From the IMG/VR virus record IMGVR_UViG_3300043812_000026: a stretch of DNA of 64,000 nt; one strand, 5' to 3'. A model generated the notes under the pieces. The model was not told the DNA's origin and made no database searches. It saw only the letters and a list, made by a program, of their open reading frames with translations. Below, piece by piece: positions 9,506-17,495 of this stretch (position 1 is the first letter of the stretch; every line of letters starts with the position of its first letter). This DNA comes from a virus (Duplodnaviria; Caudoviricetes). A program made the position numbers and the translations under genes.

Positions 9506-9755
9506 ACTTTTATAATAGCATACTTTTAACATAATGCAAGCCCTAATTTTAATTTTTATTGATTGATTTTAGCAATTATAGCACCTACTAGATAAACAAT
9601 AACTAGAATAGCCCTAATTTTCCATGTAAGCTATTCTGAGGCGTTTTATCATTGTTTAGGTATAATCTATCATTAAAGAATAAAAATGAATTATACGGGG
9701 TTATATAAAGAAATAGGGCTATAGGATAATCAAGTTTCTTTTTTCTAAATAAGTA

Positions 9756-9950
9756 TTGACAATGAAGCCTAATAATGTTATTATAATAATGAAAGGTAAA
9801 TAGAACAAGCCCAGATAGCTGGTAAGGGAAACCGTTTTGGTTGTTGTTAGCTAGATATGTTTAGAGTAATCCGTACTTTTTTAAAAATCAATTGTCTACT
9901 TCCCTAATCATATACATCCACCGTATAGCCCTAATTAATCCAAGGCTATA
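9756..9950 (+). ncRNA. Candidate small RNA from an oppositely oriented early promoter
   Basis: TTGACA(9756)-N17-TATTAT(9779); no ORF; stem 9816-9825/9844-9853; closing hairpin 9924-9950. Confidence 0.45.
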
Positions 9951-10524
9951 TTCTGTTCTCAATGTTACAGTCCATATTATTCAGTTGTTTAATTAGTTTG
10001 TTTTTATCCTTATCACTTCCCTTCCTTAACTTTCAATTATATTATATCATTATGTAATCGTATTGTCAACACATTTATAGAATTAATTGGATCGATCCAC
10101 TTATTAATAATGCTATTATATCAGTCTTCACGGGGCTTTTTTAACTCTAAAATTTATCAGTTGTTAAAATATTTTTATTAATTTATTTATACATTTTTGG
10201 TTCCATTCTGTTTTGATTAGTCTTTAATTAGTTTACTTTGCCTTTAATTAGTCCTTTATTGTTTGAATATTGTTATGTATTAGTCCTATATAGCTAATAT
10301 TATGCTTGTTTTAGGCTTTATTAGTCTAATTAAGGCTTTTTATCCTCTTTTATTGGCTTTTATAAGGCTTTTTTATTGTTTTTAATTAGTGAAAATCATC
10401 ACTAATTACTCTTGTTATGCTTATCTTTTATATATAAAATTAAAAGGGTGAAAACTCGTTAAACGTTGATATTACAACATTCTCAGTTTTTACCCTTGCT
10501 TGTGAATTGTTTAATTTATTCCCT

Positions 10525-10845
10525 TTACCGGAAAAGCTTATACTCTTCAACTAGTTTTTGCTTTAATTCAAAGATAACACTAGCTAGTCTATCGCTTAAA
10601 TCCTTATATTCTGCATTATCATAGCTTAACAGAATTGAGTCAAGGCGGTGTAATTCCTTATAGTATATACTATCAATATAATGAAGTGTATTATCCTTTA
10701 CTAGTGCAATATCGCCCACGCCTAAACTCTTGTAATTCTGATTCATGTAATAGTTATTACTATCTTTAAAATAGCTTACTTTTATTTTGTCTTTATTACC
10801 ATTAATACTAACAGTAACTTCTTTTTGTTCTAGTCCTTTTTTCAT
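10525..10845 (-). CDS. Early hypothetical protein
   Basis: 106 aa; AAGGAAGGAAG RBS; upstream promoters including TTGACT-N17-TATAAA at 10925-10953. Confidence 0.75.
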   Translation of the reverse strand: MKKGLEQKEVTVSINGNKDKIKVSYFKDSNNYYMNQNYKSLGVGDIALVKDNTLHYIDSIYYKELHRLDSILLSYDNAEYKDLSDRLASVIFELKQKLVEEYKLFR

Positions 10846-11067
10846 TGTGATACTTCCTTCCTTATCTTTTAATTATATTATATCATATTGTATTTACTTT
10901 GTAAAGATACAATTTTAAGATTATTTTATACCACAACAACCGCAAGAAGTCAAGGCTTTTACTGGGTAAAGTTATAAAGTTAGGTTTGTCTAAATTATGT
11001 TGTATTTGCAACAATTTTTTAATCTATTATTTGACTTTTACAACAAAAGAAGGTAGGGCTGAATATA

Positions 11068-11115
11068 TTGTTTTATTCTGCTTACTTGTTTTATTCTGCT
11101 TACTTGTTTTATTCT
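11068..11115. repeat. 18-bp tandem repeat (~2.7 copies)
   Basis: TTGTTTTATTCTGCTTAC repeated. Confidence 0.85.
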
Positions 11116-11139
11116 TTGATATAAAAAAAAGAAGGTAAA

Positions 11140-11322
11140 CTAATCACCTTCTTTAATTACTTTATATACAATTGAATTTTTTTCTAGCTCATCCAATCCT
11201 ACTAGATACTTATAGTTAGGGTTAATATTAATTACTTGATAATTTTTATCAAAATAGCAATTATCACCTTGTGAATTTTGAAAATCAATCATATCTTTAC
11301 CCGTCATTACAATAGGCTCCAT
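11140..11322 (-). CDS. Early hypothetical protein
   Basis: 60 aa, AAGGAG RBS. Confidence 0.7.
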   Translation of the reverse strand: MEPIVMTGKDMIDFQNSQGDNCYFDKNYQVININPNYKYLVGLDELEKNSIVYKVIKEGD

Positions 11323-11337
11323 TTTAATTGCTCCTTA

Positions 11338-11655
11338 TTAATAATCATATTCTGAACGGCGTAAACCTAAATAATAACACTTACCATCTTCAGCTTTACC
11401 AAATGATTTGTAAAGATAACTTTCTGGGTCGTCATCATCCGTTGTATAAGCTTCACCCATGCAAAATGTTTGAATGAACTTGATACCTAACTGATTTTCT
11501 AAAATTTTTTTCGTTGCTTTTTCTAATGGATAAGGTGGCAAAACTTCATACATTTCAGAATAGATTTCATAGTCAACTTCTTGAAATAACTTTGGATTTA
11601 ATTCACCAGTTGCTTCATTATTCCAATCTTCCATAGTATATACATTATTAGTCAT
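11338..11655 (-). CDS. Acidic early protein (possibly DUF1419-like)
   Basis: EIYSEMYEVLPP...FCMGEAY...YYLG pattern; own promoter cassette. Confidence 0.6.
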   Translation of the reverse strand: MTNNVYTMEDWNNEATGELNPKLFQEVDYEIYSEMYEVLPPYPLEKATKKILENQLGIKFIQTFCMGEAYTTDDDDPESYLYKSFGKAEDGKCYYLGLRRSEYDY

Positions 11656-11732
11656 AATTATAACTCCCTTTCTTTATTACATTATTATAATAACATTGTT
11701 TTGTTATATTGTCAATAGATTAAATTAAAAAA

Positions 11733-12044
11733 TTAAATATGTTCGATAATATTATCATAGTCAAATTCTTGTAATAAATAACGGTTTAAATCTTTCATAA
11801 AATAAGTAACTTTCATTTTACCCTCTTTTTCTAGTTGGTTGTTTTCTAGGTCAAAAAATCCAAAATCACCAGTTATAAGATTAACAACTTGAATATCACC
11901 ATAATAGTTAACAATCATTCCAAAGTAGACTTGATTTTTATTATTAACAAATAGTCGAGAATTACTATCAAAATTATCAAAATCCAAATCTTCAGCAATT
12001 CCACACGCTTGATTAAGGTTGTTCATATATGTTTCAATAATCAT
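11733..12044 (-). CDS. Acidic early protein
   Basis: 103 aa; hairpin unit lies in its 5' leader. Confidence 0.75.
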   Translation of the reverse strand: MIIETYMNNLNQACGIAEDLDFDNFDSNSRLFVNNKNQVYFGMIVNYYGDIQVVNLITGDFGFFDLENNQLEKEGKMKVTYFMKDLNRYLLQEFDYDNIIEHI

Positions 12045-12080
12045 TTTTATTACTTCCTTTTCTTATTCTTATTAATAAAG

Positions 12081-12136
12081 TCTAAACACGTAAAAGTTTA
12101 AGCTCAACTCTTGAAATAATCCTTGTTCCTTATTAC
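12081..12136 (-). ncRNA. Repeated hairpin unit, copy B
   Basis: AAGAGUU-GAGCUUA-AACUUUU (C>U change keeps a G-U pair). Confidence 0.5.
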
Positions 12137-12180
12137 ATTATTATAATAACATTATTGTGTTATATTGTCAATAGATAATA

Positions 12181-12534
12181 TTAAAAAATTGAATAAGGTT
12201 TGAAATAAATACCTGCAGGCGTTTGTTTATAACTTTTTAATTCTTGTTGAATAGGTAAAGGGTAATCGTTGAACAAGTCTTTAATAGCATTCTCACCATT
12301 AACCAATAAATACTCTTCTTGTAGCGTATCTTCTGGATAATAGCCTAATTCTAGCTTATTAGCTAATTCATTAAGGTTAGTACTTGACCCTTCAACGTTG
12401 CCTTCCCAATCAGTTAAAACGTGTTCATAAGTAACTGAATAAAGTTCTGCATTTTTGTAGTCATTAGCCTTTGAATAAACAAAATGCTTGTAAAAACGGG
12501 AATCACCATACTCTGGTAGTTTGTAGATTTTCAT
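12181..12534 (-). CDS. Early hypothetical protein
   Basis: 117 aa; repeat-type RBS without its own promoter. Confidence 0.75.
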   Translation of the reverse strand: MKIYKLPEYGDSRFYKHFVYSKANDYKNAELYSVTYEHVLTDWEGNVEGSSTNLNELANKLELGYYPEDTLQEEYLLVNGENAIKDLFNDYPLPIQQELKSYKQTPAGIYFKPYSIF

Positions 12535-12563
12535 TTTTATAACTTCCTTTTCTTATTTTAATA

Positions 12564-12836
12564 TTATGCTTCTAATCGATTAATCCGATCAGCTAATTTT
12601 TTAGCTAACTCCCAGCTTGAACCGCAAAGCAGAACTTCTTCTTGTTCCCGTGGGGTCATTAATTGCCACGAGTTATTGACTACGAGAACGTGTTCAACAA
12701 TGTTAACAGGGTCATCAATTGCTTTATAGTCAATCATCGCCCGTACCTTAAGATAGCGGGAAACCATACCAGCCAATTCATGGAATTTGTCGCAAGCGTA
12801 AATATTGACTTCTTGTTGTTCAGTTAAACGTTTCAT
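12564..12836 (-). CDS. Early hypothetical protein, paralog of 9127-9381
   Basis: Start MKRLTEQQ at the repeat RBS; shared SWQL.TP.EQE motif. Confidence 0.8.
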   Translation of the reverse strand: MKRLTEQQEVNIYACDKFHELAGMVSRYLKVRAMIDYKAIDDPVNIVEHVLVVNNSWQLMTPREQEEVLLCGSSWELAKKLADRINRLEA

Positions 12837-12904
12837 TTTGATAACTTCCTTTTCCTTATTACAATTATATAATAACATTGTTAGTTATTATTGTCAACCC
12901 TTTT

Positions 12905-12960
12905 TCTAAATAATTAAGAGTTTAAGCTCAACTCTTGAAATAATCCTTGTTCCTTATTAC
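12905..12960 (-). ncRNA. Repeated hairpin unit, copy C
   Basis: Sits alone between two tandem promoters (12990 and 12892). Confidence 0.5.
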
Positions 12961-13008
12961 ACTTTTATAATAACATTATTGTGTTATATTGTCAATACTA
13001 ATTACATA

Positions 13009-13467
13009 TTATTTTTTGGGAATTTTAAAATCCTTGTCTTTTAAGAATTTCAAAGAATTATACATATTATACGAGTGTCCGTATTCTCTTTGATTTGTTA
13101 GTAAATCAATAAATATGTTATTAATAAAAATGTAGTTATCAAAAACAGTTAACATCCTTTTATAGCGGGGTTGCCAAACTAATAAGCAACTTGAAAAGTT
13201 AGGGGCGTAAATTCTAATGGTATCAATTTTAATTACTTGCTTTAATTCATAATCTAACGCCTTGAATGTAATTAGATTAGTTTCTGAATCTGGTTTTGTG
13301 TAGTCATCCATGTTAATCATATATGAACGGTAAAAACTATACATAGATTTAGGCTTGTTTTGCGGTTTGATTTTGAAAAAATCTTTTAAGGTTAACACAA
13401 TCCAGTCAACCCCCTTTATCTTCTTACCCACAATGGTGTCATAATTGTTACAAAAATAATTATCCAC
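13009..13467 (-). CDS. Early hypothetical protein
   Basis: 152-aa ORF; start uncertain. Confidence 0.6.
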   Translation of the reverse strand: MDNYFCNNYDTIVGKKIKGVDWIVLTLKDFFKIKPQNKPKSMYSFYRSYMINMDDYTKPDSETNLITFKALDYELKQVIKIDTIRIYAPNFSSCLLVWQPRYKRMLTVFDNYIFINNIFIDLLTNQREYGHSYNMYNSLKFLKDKDFKIPKK

Positions 13468-13613
13468 CAGTTAGCAGGGTCAAGCATAGATAACACGATA
13501 ATAGGAGTAACAAGCACCAGTAAACAGATAATAATTATTTTTTTGATCTTTTTATAAGATTCTGGAATCTGTTTATCACGTACATAATTACGGCGGTTGT
13601 CCCTTTCATTCAT
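13416..13613 (-). CDS. Small membrane protein
   Basis: Poly-G RBS then MNERDNRR; two hydrophobic segments. Confidence 0.65.
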   Translation of the reverse strand: MNERDNRRNYVRDKQIPESYKKIKKIIIICLLVLVTPIIVLSMLDPANWWIIIFVTIMTPLWVRR

Positions 13614-13629
13614 AATTGCCCCCCCCCTT

Positions 13630-13920
13630 TTATCTACTCTCAATTAATGCTTCAACCGTGTTAAGGCTATCAGTAATTACTTGACTAACTTTTTCTAATT
13701 CCTTATTAGTAGGATTGTTACGGTTAATCAATAGCTTGTGTGTACCACTGTTATTAGTCGTGTAGATTAATACATCGTTTTTGTCGGTGCTATCATAGTC
13801 AAAAAGCCAATTGCCTTCATAATAAACGTTCAATAAATCAAGGTCGATTGTAATATCATCGCCTTCAAGCACAAAGTCTACAAGTTCCATGATTTTATTA
13901 GTTAATTCCACATTAGTCAT
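13630..13920 (-). CDS. Early hypothetical protein
   Basis: 96 aa; own promoter cassette. Confidence 0.8.
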   Translation of the reverse strand: MTNVELTNKIMELVDFVLEGDDITIDLDLLNVYYEGNWLFDYDSTDKNDVLIYTTNNSGTHKLLINRNNPTNKELEKVSQVITDSLNTVEALIESR

Positions 13921-13987
13921 TTTGATTACTTCCTTTTCTTTATCTTACATCATTATAATAACATTGTTGGTTAGTATTGTCAATAGA

Positions 13988-14395
13988 TTATTTAAAATAT
14001 ATCGATAAATAATTTATTAAATCGTATTGTAATTTTTTGCTAGTCTTAGCAATAGTAATAACTTTTTTAGTATTGTCTAATTCTACTACTTTCCACCATT
14101 TTTCATTGACTAAATTGTTAACGTCAACTTCATGGATACCGAGTACATTGTACTGTATTTTATTATAATTATTGAGTTCAAATTTTTGGATGTATTGACT
14201 TAAAACATCAATCGCAATTTTTGACCCCGCTTTCCCACTTGTAAGAACATCCAAAGCCTTATCAAATTTACTTTCAGAAACAAGGTCAAAGGCTTTTTCT
14301 AAGTATTCAAGTTGTTTCAATGTTTTTGCATCCTTCTTGCATAAGTCTTTTTTGAGTTCTAAATTGTGATTAAATGTTTTTGTAATGTTATCCAT
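13988..14395 (-). CDS. Early hypothetical protein
   Basis: 135 aa; hairpin unit in its 5' leader. Confidence 0.8.
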   Translation of the reverse strand: MDNITKTFNHNLELKKDLCKKDAKTLKQLEYLEKAFDLVSESKFDKALDVLTSGKAGSKIAIDVLSQYIQKFELNNYNKIQYNVLGIHEVDVNNLVNEKWWKVVELDNTKKVITIAKTSKKLQYDLINYLSIYFK

Positions 14396-14429
14396 TTTAA
14401 TATACTTCCTTTTCTTATTAAATTTACAG

Positions 14430-14486
14430 TCTAAACACTTAAGAGTTTAAGCTCAACTCTTGAAATAAATCCTTGTTCCTTATTAC
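14430..14486 (-). ncRNA. Repeated hairpin unit, copy D
   Basis: AAGAGUU-GAGCUUA-AACUCUU. Confidence 0.5.
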
Positions 14487-14530
14487 ATTATTATAATAAC
14501 ATTGCTAGTTATTATTGTCAATAGATAATG

Positions 14531-14936
14531 TTAAAAAATTAGCTTAAAAATATTAGTAATATAATTATCTTTTAAGTCTAGTATATTATTACGATAATAT
14601 AGATTGACACCATCAACACCAAGGTAATCATGTAAGATTGTAGAATTAACATTTTCTAAAAAAATATACTTCTCACTTGCATCCATCCAGTTAAACAACC
14701 ATAAAGCAATAGGCGTTTCATCATTATCATGGTTATCGTACCAGTCATCGAGTTCAGTCCAGCACTCACGAAGTCCAGTTTCATCTTCTTCCATGAAAGC
14801 CATCGAAGTCACCATCGTATAAATCGTTAACTGTATCATTAACACGATTTTCAAGGTCAATAGCGCTTAAGGCTTGAACTTGCGCACTCTTTAATTCCAT
14901 TTGATTAATAACATTCATGATTTCTTCATTAGTCAT
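14531..14936 (-). CDS. Acidic early protein (~134 aa) broken by one extra base at ~14800
   Basis: MTNEEIMN...DGDFD joins AFMEEDETG after removing one G (GATGGCT to GATGCT); start at the repeat RBS. Confidence 0.7.
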
Positions 14937-15004
14937 TTTTATTACTTCCTTTCCTTATTACATTATTATAATAACATTGTTAGTTATTATTGTCAACCCT
15001 TTTT

Positions 15005-15061
15005 TCTAAATAATTAAGAGTTTAAGCTCAACTCTTGAAATAAATCCTTGTTCCTTATTAC
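15005..15061 (-). ncRNA. Repeated hairpin unit, copy E
   Basis: First unit of the early block, between two tandem promoters. Confidence 0.5.
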
Positions 15062-15287
15062 ACTTATTATAATAGCATACTTTTAACGAAATGCAAGCCC
15101 TAATTTTAATTTTTATCTGGTTTGGTAACTATAACCCCTACTCACTCAACAGATACACAATTTTTTAGATTATTTTCTTCATATAATAGCAAATAGGACA
15201 AATTTAACACGCTTATAAATACCACACTAATCAATAGAAGTCAAGGCAAAACAACACATTTTTTAATCTGTCTTTTTTCTTAAAAAA

Positions 15288-15370
15288 CCTCTGGTACTCG
15301 AAAATTAATATAATATAAAAGGAACCCATTTTACTGGATTCCCTCTGGTACTCGAAAATTAATATAATAT
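15288..15370. repeat. 29-bp perfect direct repeat flanking a minus-strand terminator
   Basis: CCTCTGGTACTCGAAAATTAATATAATAT at 15288 and 15342; between them GGAATCCA-GTAAAA-TGGGTTCC-TTTT (minus strand); partial third copy at 17847. Confidence 0.85.
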
Positions 15371-16176
15371 TAGTCTAGTTTATTGGTAGCAGTTAACATA
15401 CTAACCACCATTATCAATAAGTTTCCTTCTGTACCTCGTAGTGTAATTTCTGTTTCTAGTGCGCTTTCGCCTTTGATAAATTTATTTAAGGACTCCTCGG
15501 AATTAGTTCCGTCTAATTTTCTCCAAGCACTAGAGTCACAATTAACTAATGTTAAAGGTTTAGTATCTAATAACATATGGTAATTATTTCTAATATCAAT
15601 ACCATAAGCATTAAAATAGGTAGTTCTTACTACGCTAGAGTCTAAGTCTTTAATCTCGCTAAAAAATATCGGCGTACTGTTAAACATTAATTTAGTTACT
15701 CGTCCTAATAAACCTAAATTAATTAACTCAGACAAATTATAAAGACTAATATCTTTATCATCCCAACTAGGCTTAATTAGTGGGGTAATTAGATACTCCC
15801 TTTCCCCCATTAATAGGTTAAACACGTATTGGTCATAGTAAAGCTTAACAATCGTATAGTCATGATTATCAACTTTAAATTCTCGATACTCATAATAACG
15901 GGGTACCTTATTTAGAAAAGTCCATTCATGAGGTTCACTTTCCTCAAACAGACCGGAGGGGTCATTCTTCAAATTCCATTCTAGCATTTCTTGACTTGAA
16001 AAAGTGCTGAATTGTAATAGTTCTAAGTCTTTACTAAAACGGGGTTGAGCAACTAGATAAGTAAAACCTCTTTGACCTACATCTTTAGCTTGGCTAATAC
16101 TCATGCTAATTAAGTGGTAGTTTTCTATGTGGTTAGCCATTGCCCGAGATGTTTTTAACTTCTTATACGTAATCAT
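15370..16176 (-). CDS. Hypothetical protein
   Basis: 268-aa ORF. Confidence 0.8.
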   Translation of the reverse strand: MITYKKLKTSRAMANHIENYHLISMSISQAKDVGQRGFTYLVAQPRFSKDLELLQFSTFSSQEMLEWNLKNDPSGLFEESEPHEWTFLNKVPRYYEYREFKVDNHDYTIVKLYYDQYVFNLLMGEREYLITPLIKPSWDDKDISLYNLSELINLGLLGRVTKLMFNSTPIFFSEIKDLDSSVVRTTYFNAYGIDIRNNYHMLLDTKPLTLVNCDSSAWRKLDGTNSEESLNKFIKGESALETEITLRGTEGNLLIMVVSMLTATNKLD

Positions 16177-16177
16177 A

Positions 16178-16471
16178 CTACTTCATTCTTTCACTGTATT
16201 TTTTGAGCATAGCTTTCGGATCCATAATGTCGTCTAAAATCCCACTTTCATCTAGTTGTTTCATTAAGTCCAATAGAGCAGGAATGGCATATGCTTTAAT
16301 GTTATTATTAACTACTTTCGGTGTTAAATCAAGGATGTAATTAATAATATGTTGGTCTGGTGTTAAATCCCCAGCATTAAAAATAAAGTCGATTAACTGT
16401 ACTAAATGTTTCTTGGTTAAAACATGATCTGAGATTGATTTCAATTCATTTTCTAAGACACCTAAGATCAC
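16178..16471 (-). CDS. Hypothetical protein
   Basis: 97 aa, tightly packed operon. Confidence 0.7.
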   Translation of the reverse strand: MILGVLENELKSISDHVLTKKHLVQLIDFIFNAGDLTPDQHIINYILDLTPKVVNNNIKAYAIPALLDLMKQLDESGILDDIMDPKAMLKKYSERMK

Positions 16472-16472
16472 A

Positions 16473-16766
16473 TTAAGCGTAGAGTCTTCTACAGTCTACC
16501 TCTTCAATCTTACTGATTAGTAAGTCCCGATCATATCCATATTTAGAAACACCTGCACCAGCAATCGTCTTCTCTAACGTTTCATGTAGTTGAGTACTAC
16601 CCATCTCTCTTAGTGCTTTATAATTTTCAAGTCCGAATGGAATAAAGTAAGTATCTTTATCCACTTTAATTACACTAAAGTTTTCAATTGGAACAATTTG
16701 TACGGCAACATCACCCATACTAGTCATATAGTAGCTAGTGTTATGTCTCATTGCATTAAATTTCAT
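16473..16766 (-). CDS. Hypothetical protein
   Basis: 97 aa, GGGGAG RBS. Confidence 0.75.
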   Translation of the reverse strand: MKFNAMRHNTSYYMTSMGDVAVQIVPIENFSVIKVDKDTYFIPFGLENYKALREMGSTQLHETLEKTIAGAGVSKYGYDRDLLISKIEEVDCRRLYA

Positions 16767-16780
16767 TATTAATCTCCCCT

Positions 16781-17495
16781 TTAGTTTAAGCTTAACCCAG
16801 CATTGTTTAATTGTCTAATTAATTCTTTACCATCTTTAGTTGCACCAATCTGATTAACAATCTGGTTTACTCGCTTATCAATTTCATTTAAGGCTTCTTC
16901 TTGTTTATCTTTAGGAATGTATCGAACAAAAATTTCCTTTAGTGCAGTCATTTCAGACTCTTTAATTAATTGGTACTGCATAAGAGCTTCCGCAGTCAAA
17001 CCTCTTGTTCTGCTACCGAAGTATTTAGCATGAAGACTTAGGGCACTCATTAATGTTTTAGGGTCAATAAATTCAGACTCCTCAATAGTTTTTATACCCT
17101 TGTCAATAATCATTTCCAAGGCTTGATCCTCAGAATATAACTTTCTTACTGGACCAGTTGCAGAGTTGCTTACTACTGGTTGTTGACTTTGACTTTTAAG
17201 TTCATTAGTTTTACCAGTAAAGCCAACAATCTTATTACTGTCTACATCATCAATAGAATTCTTTTCTCGCTTATCCATTAACTGTTCTAATGGAATATTT
17301 TGTTCTTGTGATTCTTTAATTCTTTTCTTAAGTTTAGTAAGGTTTCCCTTAGCCATTTTATAGCCTTTGGAATTTAAATAGCGAATGATATAATCATAGC
17401 TCATTTGTTGTTCCATTAGTCCCGATAACCTTACTAAAAATAGCCTTATTGTTATAAAGCTCTTTTAAGCTTAGTGATTTTAAGTCTGTAGCCAC
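16781..17495 (-). CDS. Conserved phage protein with possible N-terminal HTH (~237 aa), broken by an extra G at ~17422
   Basis: AGGAGG RBS plus GTG at 17495; MATDLK...KVIG joins LMEQQMSY after removing one G. Confidence 0.7.

Larger units (their letters stand above)
7470..15097 (-). repeat. Dispersed ~60-bp promoter+RBS repeat (about 15 copies)
   Basis: Minus-strand TTGACA-N17-TATTAT (TGn extended)...GTAATAAG(G)AAAAGGAAGT...ATG; -35 boxes at 7528, 8302, 8714, 9092, 9436, 10064, 11710, 12166, 12892, 12990, 13978, 14516, 14991; TTGCA variants at ~9535 and ~15092. Confidence 0.9.
7100..15300 (-). other. Probable long terminal repeat / early host-takeover region (boundaries approximate)
   Basis: Dense small genes each with a strong host-type promoter, convergent with the adjacent + strand block, as in SPO1/phage K terminal redundancies. 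Confidence 0.6.

Noticed and set aside
9449-15061. Hairpin units as a CRISPR array or as micro-ORFs (TTG AGC TTA AAC TCT TAA)
   Set aside because: Copies are dispersed and separated by whole genes; the TTG is absent in copy A and the stop is absent in copy B
15288-15370. Repeat-spacer-repeat resembling a mini CRISPR array
   Set aside because: Only two adjacent copies, the 25-bp spacer is a terminator hairpin, the repeat lacks CRISPR-like ends, and no cas genes are present
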